A program made the position numbers and the translations under genes. From Mobula hypostoma (taxonomy: Eukaryota): a DNA stretch of 64,000 nt. The stretch's first letter is position 1. The number at the start of each line of letters is the position of its first letter. The stretch covers positions 59,708,001-59,772,000 of the forward strand of contig NC_086097.1 in NCBI RefSeq assembly GCF_963921235.1, in the 5' to 3' direction. Shown one piece after another: positions 51,695 through 64,000 of the stretch. The notes beneath the pieces were generated by a model. That model had not been told where the DNA came from and did no database searches. It worked only from the letters and a program-made list of their open reading frames with translations.

Positions 51695-52862
51695 ACTGAA
51701 GGAAGAGTTAGTAAGAGTTTGAAAGTGGAAGAGGGAGGGGGAGATCCAAAATGATAGGAGAAGATGGGAGGGGGAGGGATGGAGCCAAGAGCTGGACAGG
51801 TGATTGGCAAAAGGGATATGAGAGGATCATGGGACAGGAGGCCCAGGGAGAAGGAAAAGGAGGGGGGGGACCCAGAGGATGGGCAAGGGGTATAGTCAGA
51901 GGGACAGCGGGAGAAAAAGGAGAGTGAGAGAAAGAATGTGTGTATAAAAATAAATAACAGATGGGGTACAAGGGGGAGGGGGGGCATTAGTGGAAGTTAG
52001 AGAAGTCAATGTTCATGCCATCAGGTTGGAGGCTACCCAGACGGAATATAAGGTGTTGTTTCTCCAACCTGAGTGTGGCTTCATCTTTACAGTAGAGGAG
52101 GCCGTGGATAGACATGTCAGAATGGGAATGGGATGTGGAATTAAAATGTGTTGCCACTGGGAGATCCTGCTTTCTCTGGCGGACAGAGCGTAGGTGTTCA
52201 GCAAAGTGGTCTCCCAGTCTGCGTCGGGTCTCGCCAATATATAGAAGGCCACATCGGGAGCACCGGATGCAGTATATCACCCCAGCTGACTCACAGGTGA
52301 AGTGTGGCCTCACCTGGAAGGACTGTCTGGGGCCCTGAATGGTGGTGAGGGAGGAAGTGTAAGGGCATGTGTAGCACTTGTTCCACTTACATGGATAAGT
52401 GCCAGGAGGGAGATCAGTGGAGAGGGATGGGGGGGACGAATGGACAAGGGAGTCACGTAGGAAGCGATCCTTGCGGAAAGCAGAGAGGTGGGGGAGGGAA
52501 AGATGTGCTTAGTGGTGGGATCCCGTTGGAGGGGGCGGAAGTTACGGAGAATAATATGTTGGACCCGGAGGCTGGTGGGGTGGTAGGTGAGGACCAGGGG
52601 AGCCCTGTTCCTAGTGGGGTGGCGGGAGGATGGATTGAGAGCAGATGTGCGTGAAATGGGGGAGATGCGTTTGAGAGCAGAGTTGATGGTGGAGGAAGGG
52701 AAGCCCCTTCCTTTAAAAAAGGAGGACATCTCCCTCGTCCTGGAATGAAAAGCCTCATCCTGAGAGCAGATGCGGCGGAGACGGAGCAATTACGAGGAAT
52801 GGCATTTTTGCAAGAGATAGGGTGAGAAGAGGAATAGTCTGTGAGAGTCAGTAGGCTTATAG

Positions 52863-54092
52863 AAACATAGAAACATAGAAAATAGGTGCAGGAGTAGGCC
52901 ATTCTGCCCTTCAAGCCTGCACCGCCATTTATTATGATCATGGCTGATCATCCAACTCAGAACCCCACCCCAGCCTTCCCTCCATACCCCCTGACCCCTG
53001 TAGCCACAAGGGCCATATCTAACTCCCTCTTAAACATAGCCAATGAACTAGCCTCAACAGTTTGCTGTGGCAGAGAATTCCACAGATTCACCACTCTCTG
53101 TGTAAAGAAGTTTTTCCTAATCTCGGTCCTAAAAGGCTTCCCCTCTATCCTCAAACTGTGACCCCTCGTTCTGGACTTCCCCAACATCGGGAATAATCTT
53201 CCTGCATCTAACCTGTCCAATCCCTTTAGGATCTTATACGTTTCAATCAGATCCCCCCTCAATCTTCTAAATTCCAACGAGTACAAGCCCAGTTCATCCA
53301 GTCTTTCTTCATATGAAAGTCCTGCCATCCCAGGAATCAATCTGGTGAACCTTCTTTGTACTCCCTCTATGGCAAAGATGTCTTTCCTCAGATTAGGGGA
53401 CCAAAACTGCACACAATACTCCAGGTGTGGTCTCACCAAGGCCTTGTACAACTGCAGTAGTACCTCCCTGCTCCTGTACTCGAATCCTCTCGCTATAAAT
53501 GCCAGCATACCATTCGCCTTTTTCACCGCCTGCTGTACCTGCATGCCCACTTTCAATGACTGGTGTATAATGACACCCAGGTCTCGTTGCACCTCCCCTT
53601 TTCCTAATCGGCCACCATTCAGATAATAATCTGTTTTCCTATTTTTGCCACCAAAGTGGATAACTTCACATTTATCCACATTAAATTGCATCTGCCATGA
53701 GTTTGCCCACTCACCCAAACTATCCAAGTCACCCTGCATCCTCTTAGCATCCTCCTCACTGCTAACACTGCCGCCCAGCTTCGTGTCATCCGCAAACTTG
53801 GAGATGCTGCATTTAATTCCCTCATCCAAGTCATTAATATATATTGTAAACAACTGGGGTCCCAGCACTGAGCCTTGCGGTACCCCACTAGTCACCGCCT
53901 GCCATTCTGAAAAGGTCCCGTTTATTCCCACTCTTTGCTTCCTGTCTGCTAACCAATTCTCCACCCACACCAATACCTTACCCCCAATACCGTGTGCTTT
54001 AAGTTTGCACACTAATCTCCTGTGTGGGACCTTGTCAAAAGCCTTTTGAAAATCCAAATATACCACATCCACTGGTTCTCCCCTATCCACTC
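52863..54092 (-). mobile_element. Young 5'-truncated CR1 inserted in the PLE RT
   Basis: Uninterrupted RT frame ([26 protein letters not shown]); (tttctatg)n tail; tatag duplicated at 52858-52862 and 54093-54097; splits PLE DVYY|KPTD. Confidence 0.95.
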
Positions 54093-54315
54093 TATAGTAG
54101 ACATCAATGGATAAGCTATCTCCAGAGATAGAGAGATCTAGAAAGGGGAGAGAGGTGTCGGAAGTGGGCCAGGTAAACTTGAGGGCAGGATGAAAGTTGG
54201 AGGCAAAGTTAATAAAGTCAACGAGCTCAGCATGCGTGCAGGAAGCAGCGCCAATGCAGTCGTCGATGTAGCGAAGGGAAAGTGAGGGACAGAAACCAGA
54301 ATAGGTTCGGGACAT
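52957..54315 (-). CDS. 452-aa chimeric ORF: PLE RT fragment fused in frame to CR1 RT C-terminal half (probably non-functional)
   Basis: RYIDD...SIDVYY|RVDRGEPVDVVYLDFQK...FADD in one stop-free frame; confidence refers to it being a real, expressed CDS. Confidence 0.3.
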   Translation of the reverse strand: MSRTYSGFCPSLSLRYIDDCIGAASCTHAELVDFINFASNFHPALKFTWPTSDTSLPFLDLSISGDSLSIDVYYRVDRGEPVDVVYLDFQKAFDKVPHRRLVCKLKAHGIGGKVLVWVENWLADRKQRVGINGTFSEWQAVTSGVPQGSVLGPQLFTIYINDLDEGIKCSISKFADDTKLGGSVSSEEDAKRMQGDLDSLGEWANSWQMQFNVDKCEVIHFGGKNRKTDYYLNGGRLGKGEVQRDLGVIIHQSLKVGMQVQQAVKKANGMLAFIARGFEYRSREVLLQLYKALVRPHLEYCVQFWSPNLRKDIFAIEGVQRRFTRLIPGMAGLSYEERLDELGLYSLEFRRLRGDLIETYKILKGLDRLDAGRLFPMLGKSRTRGHSLRIEGKPFRTEIRKNFFTQRVVNLWNSLPQQTVEASSLAMFKRELDMALVATGVRGYGGKAGVGF

Positions 54316-54531
54316 AGATTCGGGACAAAGCCAACAAAAAGGCAGGCATAGCTAGGACCCATACGGGTGCCCATAGGTACACCTTTAGTTTGGAGGAAGT
54401 GGGAGGAGCCAAAGGAGAAATTATTAAGATTTATCAGGTTGGATTGGATGGTTTTAGCAACGGGGAAAGATTGGATGAGCCAGGTTTGTTTCCCCTGGAT
54501 CAATGGATGCTATGAGGATATCTGATAGAGA

Positions 54532-55775
54532 TATGTCATTAAATTTGTTTTTTTGGCAGCAATATATTGCAGTACATAATAATAATTCTAAAAACTATAA
54601 ATTACAGAAGCATAGTTGAAAAAATAAATTAAATAATTAAAGCAAAAAGGGAGAAAAATAGTGAGATGTTCATTCTGGATGCCAGAATGGAAAAAGCTGT
54701 TCCTGAAATGTTGAATGTCCACCTTCAGACTTCTGTATCTCCTCCTTGATGGTACCAATGAGAAGAGAGCATGTCCTAGGCGATGGAGATTCTTAATGCT
54801 GGATGCCACCTCGCAGGTGTCCTCAAAGTTTGGAAGGCTAGAGCCCATGATCAAGCTGGCTGAGTTTATAACGTTCAGCAGCTTTTTCTGTTCCTGCACC
54901 ATTGGCCCCTCTACACCACACAGTGATGCAACCATTCAGAATACTTGCCATAGTACATCTATAGAAACTAGAGAGTGACACACCAAGTCTTCCAAAATCC
55001 CTAACGAAATATAACTGGTGCAAAGCCTTCTTTGCAATTGTATCAATATGTGGGGTATAGGATCGATCTTCAGAGATATTACAGCCAGGAACCTGAAACT
55101 GTTCACTCTTGCAACTTCTGGTCGTTCAATGAGGACTGTTGTGTATACCCTCAACTTCCTCTTCCTGAAACCTACAACTAATTCCTCGGTCTTACTGACA
55201 ATGAGTGCAATGTTGCTGTTGTGGCACCACTCAGCCGGCTGATCTATCTCTCTTTGTTACCGTCTGAAATTCTGCCAACAATAGATGTATCATCGGCAAA
55301 TTTATAGGTGATGTTTGAGATGTGCCTAGCCACACAGTCATGGGTGTAGAGTGAGTAAAGCAGTGGGCTAAGCACACATTCTTGAGGTGCGCCTGTGTTG
55401 ATGTCAGTGAGGAGGGGATGTTATTTCTGATCCACACTGACTGTGATCTCCCAGTGAGGAAGTCAAAGATCTAGTTCCAGAGGGAGGTACAGGGGTCCCG
55501 GTTTTGAAGCTTGTTGATGAGAACTGAGGGTTTGATCATGTTGAGCACTGAGAAGTGATCAATAAACAGCAGCCTGATGGAGGTATTGCTATGGTCCAGG
55601 TGATCCAAGGCTGTGAAGAGCCAGTGAGAGAGGATCCGTTGAAGATCTATTATGCTGATAGGCAAATTGCAGCTGGTCCAGACCCTTGCTTAGTTGGAGT
55701 TGATTCTGTCCATGATCAGTCTCATCACAGTAGATGTGATTGTTGCTGAGGCAGCTCACTCTGCCCTTGAGGAAC
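54532..55775 (-). mobile_element. Decayed Rex1/Babar LINE 3' half
   Basis: LDQLQFAYQHNRSS, IRLLFIDHFS, SFYRCTMASILNGCITVW, HALFSLVPSRRRYRSLK. Confidence 0.88.
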
Positions 55776-56621
55776 TCACTGCTGAAAGATGGAGTGGAAT
55801 CAGATATAATTGCTATACTTAAGGAACATTGAAACAGCCACTTAAATACGTATGGCACAGAAGGATGTGTTCATCTCAGCCCTGTTATGCACCTTGGTGG
55901 TGCTTCTCCCTCTCTCTGCTTCCCCTCTCCTGTGCAAATCCCCTTCTGTGCACTGTCTCCTGCAAGCCAGCTCTGGTACATGCTCCCTCATATGCAGATA
56001 CTTGGCCTACTGCTGCGTACTGTTACTACTGTGACTGGTGATGGCCTTTCTTTTCGTCCGGTGCACTCCCAAACACATCTAACACATTTCCCTTGTTCTG
56101 ATTGTGTGAACTTGAAGTCCTGCAAGGTGAAGGAGAGCAGTTTTAGTAAGTGAACTTGTATTCATGTTTTTTAAAGATCTACCTAAAATGTTGTTTAATC
56201 CTGGCTTATTTTCCAAGATGTTTCTCATTGTGCCAAAACAACTATTCTACTCAAGTAAAACTTGGAGCTGAATTGACCGCATTAGTAAACACAACAAGAA
56301 TGTTTTTAGACAACGCTGATTTTGCTATTAGGGACCTATTGGCCTCCCAGTAGGTCTTGATTTCAACTACTATTGTTCTCAATTTCAACTTAATTTTCCT
56401 TTCTATCATTCAGGAGTGGGTGTATAGAGCTCCTCATGGTCTTCTATGAAAACTTTTCATTACTTCCCACCGTACCTTCAATCCTCCCTCAATTCTTCCG
56501 AGCCCAGGAATTTTTGTGGATTTAAAAATTCCAGCCAAAGGGATATAATGTGTTAATTGAACTGTCACAGAGTATGAGGCTAAGCAGCAATATTGATGCA
56601 ATCACAACAAACTCTGCAGAT

Positions 56622-57125
56622 GCTGGAAATCCAAAGCAATGCACACAAAATGCTGGAGGAACTCAGCAGGTCAGGAAGCATCTATGGAAAAGAGTAAACA
56701 GTCAACATTTCAGGCCAAGACTCTTCATCAGGACTGGAAAGACAAGTGAGAAGTCAGAGTAGGAAGGTTGGGGGTGGGGGGAACAGAAAGAAGTACAAGG
56801 CAATAGGTGATAGGTGAAACGGGGGGGGTGGAGTGAAGTGTTGGGAAGTTGATTGGTGAAAGAGGTAGAGGGCTAGAAGAGGGGATATCTGATAGGAGAG
56901 GATAGAAGACCATGGAAGAAAAGGAAGGGAGTTGTTGGGCAGATAAGGGAGTAAGGAGAGAGAGGGAAACAGGAAATGGGAATGGTGAAGTGGGGGGGGG
57001 CAGTCATCAGAAGTTCAAGGTATTGTGTTCATGCCATCAGGTTGGATGCTACCCAGACAGAATATAAGCTGCTGCTCCTCCAACCTAGAGTGACCATATT
57101 GTGGCAGTAGAGGAGGACATGGACT
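56622..57125 (-). mobile_element. PLE 3' fragment with hammerhead motif (56699-56736)
   Basis: Minus ccagtcCTGATGAagagtcttggcctGAAAtgttgac; the ORF end (gttcatgccatcaggttgga on +) is shared with 52011. Confidence 0.82.
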
Positions 57126-57559
57126 AACATGCTGTGGCAAAATTGGGTTGAGGGACAGACGAGATGGAAATATCTAATGGCAGAGAAGGAAACAGACTTA
57201 GAGGTTTGAGAAGGAAAGTATGGAAGAGGGGTCTGAATGAGGAATGGAAGAAAAACAGAAGAAGTTTAGGAGAAGGAGCTAAAAGTAAAACAGAGAGACA
57301 TATGGGGAGATATACAAACAAAGAGATGGCATGGAACACTGAAGGTGAGAGGAAGGGGAGCTGGGAGCATTATAAAGGGAGAGATAACCCATAGTACATT
57401 AACCATTCAGAAACTGAAAATAAAAGAGAAAAAAACCAAGCAATAAACTTGCCAGACCAAAAACATGTCCGTTTCAATTTTGGTGGTAGAAGTCACAGTT
57501 TTGAGACCTGCTGTCAAATAATGCCAGGCAAGTATCAGTTACAAATATTATAACTAGCA

Positions 57560-58740
57560 GACACAGTGGCCATTGTACACTGGAGGTTGAGTTACTGAAT
57601 GTTTAGAGTGATCAATGAGTTGTCAGTCATGCATGGTGCCTGATCCTGGATGGTGTTGAACTTCTTGAGTGGTATTGGACTCGCACCAGTTCAGCTAAGC
57701 AAAGCACATTCTGTCATGCTCCAAATTTGCGCCTGATGATGAAAAGATTTTCATTGTCAAGAGTGGATTCACTCACTGCATAATATTCAGCCCCTGGCAA
57801 TTTCTTGTAGCTACAGTATGTATTTATCTGATGCATAGTTTCTGGTCAATAGTAACTCAGAGGATATTAATAACTGGGGACACAACAATAGTAAGGTCAT
57901 TGATTGTCAAGGGTAGGCCATTAAGCTCTTGCTTGTTTTAAATAGACATTGCCTGGTATCTTTGCATCCCAAATGCTGCTTGTCAATTATGTACCTCTGC
58001 ATGCACGAGGTAAAAAGCTTGCTGAATACAGACTTGGTCCGTTTTGTTTGTTGAGCACTGTTCAACAAATAGTGAATATCCCCACATCTGATCTCATGAT
58101 AGAAACAAGGTTTCTGATGAAGCACCGGAAGATGACTGGGCCACAGACTCCAACCTGATGAATTCCTGCAAGAATGCCCTTGGGCTGGAATAATTGGCCT
58201 CCTACAATCACAAACATCTTCCTTCATGGTTGACAGAAATATGACCACAGGAGCACTTTATCCATGATGCCTATTAACTCAGGTTCACTGAAGTTACGTG
58301 ATGTAATACTGATCTGATGTTGCTTCTTGTCAATGGGAGATCAGTCTCACCTTATATTTGAATTCAGTCATTTGGTCCATTATTGGATGAAGGTCGGATT
58401 GAGTACTGGAACCCAAGCATTCTAGAAAAAAGTAGGCATTATTGAGCAGATTATTGATGAATAAATGTTGCTTGATAGCACTTTTTTCATGATTGAAGGT
58501 ACAATGATTGAGCAGTAATTAGTTGGAAAGTAGCTGTCTTGTCATTTTATGAACAGGACATATATGGGCAATTTTCCGCATTGTCAAAGAAGGCAATGTT
58601 TTAACTATAATGGAACAACTTGGTTACATAGCAATTGAAAGGAGCAACAAATAGGATGTTGCTGCACAGCACTGACTGTTTCTAATACTCTCAGCCCTGG
58701 CATGCAATCATGTGGAGTGAATTAAATTTGCAAAAACAGG
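57560..58740 (-). mobile_element. Ancient CR1-group LINE RT remnant
   Basis: Antisense of a decayed AG-PQG-SL-P..F..FI..RS-VGIF motif at 58070-58180. Confidence 0.55.
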
Positions 58741-58754
58741 CTTTGGCCAGGAAA

Positions 58755-59000
58755 GGAAGGCAAATTTCCTCCCTCTGTAGGGCATCAATAAACTAGGTGA
58801 GTTTAATGTCAATCCTATAGTACTGTTGTCCTGACTATTATTGACCTGCTTTCTTTTTAAGAGAATACAGTCCAAACTTAAGCTCCCCAGCTGACATAGT
58901 GGGATCTGAATTCAAGTTTCTGAATTATCAACCCAATGCTCTGGACTGGATCTAATAATTTAACTGAATCCATTAATTCAACCATGGCACCACCACCCTT
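58755..59000 (-). mobile_element. Ancient SINE-like remnant (related segment at ~28000-28385)
   Basis: ggcaaatttcctccctctgtagggcatcaataaac resembles gcagattttctcccccgaaggatattaatgtacc at 28008; possible antisense tRNA-like head near 58890-59000. Confidence 0.4.
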
Positions 59001-59319
59001 TGCTCATACTTAGTCAAGTAATTGACCTACAGTTAATAAACAGAGGTGCATATTTATTCCATTTTCAGTCTTCCTTGAATATTAACTGATTAAATAACAT
59101 ATCATGGGATGCTTTACAATTCAAGCAATTGATGAGTTAGATCATTTTACTCTTAGGGAAGAAGGGCCATCAGTTGTTGGACAGTTCTTCATAAATTGGA
59201 CTTGCTAACATTTGATATTTTGTCATCATTACAAGTTGCTCAGAAGTGTCATAGAATACCAAGGATCAGGATAATAGGTTAGACTATACTAGCAGGATTA
59301 AGCTAAATTTGAGATATAA

Positions 59320-60020
59320 ATGTCTGCAAGTTTTCACTCAACATCAACAAGACCAAGAAACTTGTGGAGAATTTTAGGAAGGAGATATTGGGAGAACACA
59401 CACCAGTCCTGTTTAAATGGTCAATGCAGGAAACGGGTAGCAGATTCAAGTTCCTGGGTGCCTACATATCAGGAAATATCCTGGGCCCAACACACCCATA
59501 AAATCAAAAAGAAGGTAGAGCAGTGGTTCTGCTTCATTATGAGTTTAAGGAGATTTGACATATCACCAAAAGTCTCTTGCAAATTTCTACAAGTATACAG
59601 TGGAGGACACTCTGATGAGTTGTGTCAAAGCCTGTTATAGAGTCTCCAATGGACAGGATCCAAAGAGGTTTGCAGAGGATAATTGACTCAGCCAGTTCCA
59701 TCATGGGTACAACCCTCCCTGTCACTGGGGCCATCTTCAAGGAGTGGTGTCTCAAGAAAGAAGGACCCTTACTATCCAGGGCATGCCCTCTTCACATTTC
59801 TACCATCGGGGAGAAAGCTCAGGAGCTTTAAGAACAGCTTCTTCGCTTCCATCTTCAAATTTACAAACCATGGATGAACACTACCTTGTTATTCATCTTT
59901 TGCACTATTTATTTTTTGTAACATCGTAATTTTTATGTTATGCAATGTACTGATGCCGCCAAACAACAAGTGTCACATCATATATCAGTGAAAATCAACC
60001 TGATTTTGATTTTGATTATA
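59320..60020 (+). mobile_element. Rex1-like 3' fragment
   Basis: LQRIIDSASSIMGT, PGHALFTFLPSGR; tail (tgattt)n. Confidence 0.8.
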
Positions 60021-60797
60021 ATGATTCCAAACAGTTATGAGGAAAGCTGAGCTGAAAGTAATGAGGAATTCCATAATTTTGTGACAATCGGAGAGAAAGC
60101 ATCTTGTTAATCTTTGGTATACCAATGTGGGTGAATGAAGGGTGAAGAGCCAGTACTATGAAATATTTTGAAATTGCATCATGTTCTCAGAACTTTTACT
60201 CACAGTAATATAGATAAAATGCAGGAAGGCAAGAGGGACTTGGAATCAAAAGAAAAAGAGTATCACAGCACTTCAATGTTGGCACTAAGGGAAAACTGTG
60301 TCAAACAGCATTCACACCCTCCAGCAGGAAGAAAATCTGTATTCTGTGAGTCAGAAATGGAGAAAAGAGGGGAAAGTAGTCTTCAAGTCATCTTGGCAAT
60401 CTCTATAAATTTACTTATAAAATATCAATAAAACTCAAACTCTGGGTTTACCAAACAGAACTCTTAACATGTTCCTTTATTTTATCGAGCCAAATCCAAT
60501 AATTACAATTTTCACCCACATCGTTACTGGTCGGCATCAGTTCTCTTTCTTTTGCTTAGCTTTTCATAACATCACAGCCGTTCTGAATAACTGATTATTG
60601 GTTCAATACAGCTCTTAGACAACCAGAGGTTGTGCTGAGAGGAGACAATCTCTTTCTTTGCCGGTTATTATCCCCATTTTCACTCTGTGAATGAAAATTA
60701 ATTCCTAAACCTGAAGAAAAACTGAGCAACAGAAGAATGTGATTGGAAATGCAGCTCTCTGATTGCATGCATAATTTAATGATGCATTGCTTATTCA

Positions 60798-61420
60798 TTT
60801 AGGATTAGGATTATGAAGACACATAGTTCTCTTTTATTGTCATTTAGTAATGCATGCATTAAGAAATGATACATTATTTCCTCCGGTGTGATAGCACAAA
60901 ACACAGGACAGACCAAGACTGAAAAAAACTGACAAAACCACATAATTATAACATAGAGTTACAACAGTGCACAATACCATAACTTGGTGAAGTCCACGAG
61001 CACAGTAAAGTTCAAAGTTTCTCAAATGTCCCACATCTCACGCAGACGGGAGAAGGAAGAAAAACTCTCCCTGTTATGCCGACCACAATCTGACTCTGAG
61101 TCATCCAAATACTTCAAGCTCAGATCAGCTCTCCGACACTGAATACTGAGCAGCATCTCTACCGAAAGACTCGACCTCCTTCTCGGTTGCCAAAAGCAGA
61201 CAAGGCCGGGGATTTTGAGGCCTACCCTCCAGAAGATTCCTGACCACACAGTAATGACAGCAGCGAACGGGCATTTCAGAAATTTCTCCAGATGTTCCTC
61301 TGTGCTTTCACATCCATTCTCCATCAAATCAGAATTGTCCACGGCCCCTATTTAACAGATACAACATCATTTTTCACTGGAGGGCTGCGCACACGCAGGC
61401 GCGCCACCATCTTCTCTCCT
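60798..61420 (-). mobile_element. Non-autonomous LINE-derived retroelement, copy 2
   Basis: Colinear with 20930-21562; minus 5' end ggagagaagatggtggcgcg; tail ttaggattaggatt on +. Confidence 0.7.
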
Positions 61421-61549
61421 TAGATTTGGCACAGTGAGGGTTCTAGTTCCAGAAGATTACCACACTAGCATTCTCTGAACTGCATGAAGCATATCATACT
61501 TTGATCTATGGTCAAATGTGAATTTGAGACAGTTGCTAATCCAAGAAAC

Positions 61550-61940
61550 ATAATGAGGTTTTATACCAGCCTCCGCTCCATTTACTCCGTCTACAGTTCC
61601 CGCTACCTCAGGAAATCAGACAAAATAATCAAGAACACTTATTGCCCCAGCTATTCCCTCTTCTGTCTTCTCCTGTCAGGTAGAAAATGCAAAAGCTTGA
61701 GTGCATTGCCATCAAGTCCGAGGAAATCTCATGACCCACTGTGATCAGAGTCTTGAACAGACCTGTCATATGCGAACAGATGAACTCTCATTGTAGTCTT
61801 TGGACTGTATTTGTCTACCTGCACAACACTTTTTTTTGTAAATTTATTCTGCATTTTGTTTTCCTTTTTATTACCACTTTGTGTCTAGATGGCACACAAA
61901 CAGAAGTTTTTCAGTATGTGTAACAATAATCAACCAATGG
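61550..61940 (+). mobile_element. Old Rex1/L2-like 3' fragment
   Basis: IIKNTYCPSYSLFCLLLSGRK motif. Confidence 0.55.
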
Positions 61941-62142
61941 AAATACTGTGGCTTGTCTACATAATCAAGCAATAAAGGGCTAAAAGGGCTAAATTTGTAA
62001 ACATAGTACCAATGAGTGTAAACAAGGCCAATGAAATGGTTCTCATTTAATATACTAAGAAATCTCCCTGCTTCAGTTCCTTGGACTTTTGACTGCTAAG
62101 CCACACGTGACAGTTGTCTGCAGGCAACAATGCAACACATTA

Positions 62143-62708
62143 AACTCAGTGGCCACTTTATTAGATGTACCTCTATGCCTGCTCTTAATACAAATATCTA
62201 ATCAGCCAATTATGTGGCAGTAACTTAATGCATAAAAGCATACATATATGGTCAAGAGGATCAATTGTTATTCAGAACAAACATGAGAATAAGGAAGCAA
62301 CGTGATCTAGGTGATGCTGACCATTGAATGTTTGTAGGTGCTAGATGGGGTGGTTTGTGTATCTCAGAAACGGCTGATCTCCTGGAATCTTTACACACAA
62401 CGGTCTCTAAAGTTAACAGTGAATGGTGTGATTTAAAAAAAATCCTGTGAGCAGCAATTCTGTGGGCAAAAATGCCCTGTTAATGAAATTGGTCAGAAGA
62501 GAGTGGTCTAACTGATTCAAGCTGACAGGAAGGTGACAGTAACTCAACTCATTATGTATGACAATAGTAGTGTGCAGAAGAGCATCTCTGAGAGCACAAC
62601 ACTTTGAACCCTGAAGTGGATGGGCTACAGTATCAGATGACCTCAAACATACACCCTGTGACCATTTTATTAGGAACAGAGAGTACCTAATAAAGTGGCT
62701 AGTAAGTG
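62143..62708 (+). mobile_element. Tc1-family non-autonomous element with both TIRs
   Basis: TA-aactcagtggccactttattag ... gtacctaataaagtggctagtaagtg-TA; decayed N-terminal transposase; extra left-TIR copy at ~62652. Confidence 0.85.
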
Positions 62709-63254
62709 TATTTCCCATACTTTCTGAGTAAAGCTGCATTGTAAAATTGAGGGAAACTAGAAAAACATTGAATTAAAGTTAAAATATGGACCAGGAATTT
62801 ATTTTCATTGTCACTGTTGAATTATTCTCATTGTAATCTATGGTTTTCTAGCTCTGTGGTTCTGCAGAGATCTGTAGACATTCTTTCTAATATTGTGTAG
62901 ACAACAGTTGGGGAAGTGTTGCTGAATAGAAGTTTGCCTTGCAAGAAGCCAGAACCATAACTGGTCCTTCACTCTTAAGGCTGTCTAATGCTTAGACCAT
63001 GCCTGTGAAGGTGGCAAAGCAGATTTGAGACTTTGGAGATATGAGAAGCAAAGACTGATTATATTAGGTATGCTGTAAAGTCCTGATGCCTTTTCTTATT
63101 TTATACCTTGAACTCCTCTTAGTATGTAATTGCCACATGTATCCCAGAAGGTGATACATCCCAACAGATGATAAAATAAAATAATCGGCATATATTCCCA
63201 GTGTTAATGTGAAATAAAACAGAGCTGAATTGCAAAATCTTCTGAGGAATAATC

Positions 63255-63572
63255 GGCAGGGATGATGGTAACAGCAATGGTTATTGCTGTTACCTCAGAA
63301 ATCCAGGTTCGATCCTGCCCACGATTGTTTTCATGTGAAATTTATATATTCTCCCTGTGACTAGATAGAATTCTTTCCACGTGCCAAAGATGTACTAGTT
63401 GCTAGGGTCATCGGCTGTTATACATTGTATCTAATGTGGGTAGATGGCAGGAAATCTAGTGATGCAGAGGAGTTGATGGGAATGTGGGGAGAAAGTTGGG
63501 ATTTGTTTAGGTGGGATGTGTAATTGGTGGGGCTGCGATGAGCTGAAGAGCTTGCATTTGTTTTCTATGAAT
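63255..63572 (+). mobile_element. V-SINE (HE1-like), decayed
   Basis: B box ggttcgatcc; V-domain ttctccctgtgac..ccaaagatgtac; CR1-like tail. Confidence 0.6.
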
Positions 63573-63871
63573 CACACATACCTAAAAGGGAGTGGCAAGG
63601 GGTGTGCTTGCTGGTTATTGGGGTGATGAAAGACACCGTGATTTACATTTGAAGTAGATATTCTTCCTCATCATTCCCGTGTTTGATTTTGAAGATTCAT
63701 GCTGAGAATGGAATCTTTGGCACAATCAATTTGTGAAAAAGGAGCAAACTCTCTGCCAGATGAACTCTGCCAGAGAGAAACAAATTCTTGATGGTTCAGA
63801 TTGAAACCTCTGCATTAGGACTGAGTTAGCAGATTGCTTATTGCTCCATGTTCCAGCATTAGCAATCTTTT

Positions 63872-64000
63872 TGTCATGGTCCAGGCCGTCCCTCCCGTTT
63901 GTTCCTCACGTTCTCCTAATTCCCCTTTCCCTGTGTTTCTCCTGCTCTCCTGTCTATCTCTCTCTCTGTTTGTGTGTGAGTGTGTGTGTGTGTGTGTGTG
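63872..64000. repeat. Pyrimidine-rich segment starting TGTCATGG (possible LTR start), then (TC)n/(TG)n microsatellite, cut by the window end
   Basis: The microsatellite is directly visible; the LTR call rests only on the TG start and composition. Confidence 0.5.

Larger units (their letters stand above)
51556..54426 (-). mobile_element. 5'-truncated Penelope-like element (RT plus GIY-YIG endonuclease), interrupted by CR1
   Basis: QTKGVPMGTRMGPSYACLF and RYIDD (PLE RT); VIYCIRCSRCGLLYIGET..HF (GIY-YIG); 12-bp TSD agatttatcagg (51544-51555, 54427-54438). Confidence 0.93.

Noticed and set aside
55852..56153. Short hydrophobic, Cys-rich ORFs resembling a secreted peptide
   Set aside because: Explained by pyrimidine-rich composition; no splice or family support.
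1..64000. Prokaryotic systems (CRISPR arrays, operons, retrons) or immunoglobulin V segments suggested by octamers
   Set aside because: No regularly spaced repeats, compact genes, V exons or heptamer-nonamer signals seen; all RTs belong to eukaryotic retrotransposon clades.

Overview
Eukaryotic, vertebrate-type, AT-rich intronic/intergenic DNA with no recognisable host protein-coding gene. The repeat content (CR1 LINEs with SGNH ORF1, Rex1/Babar LINEs, Penelope-like elements, V-SINE/HE1-like SINEs) suggests a cartilaginous fish, probably a ray; this is inference. Over half the window is transposon-derived: several CR1 LINEs, Rex1/Babar LINEs, Penelope-like elements (PLE) carrying minimal hammerhead ribozymes, the 5' half of a Gypsy element with a PNMA-like gag and a GGGAAAC -1 frameshift site, a related solo LTR, Tc1- and hAT-derived non-autonomous elements and SINEs, often nested with readable target-site duplications (TSDs). 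The most notable observations are: an ancient ~0.6 kb inverted duplication of non-coding DNA with a better-conserved, motif-rich core (5.4-6.0 kb vs 12.4-13.0 kb); hammerhead ribozymes, including a fold-back PLE copy whose junction falls at the predicted cleavage site; and an in-frame PLE-RT/CR1-RT chimeric ORF. I see no convincing evidence of a wholly new biological system. Boundaries of decayed elements are approximate and identity values were counted by hand.
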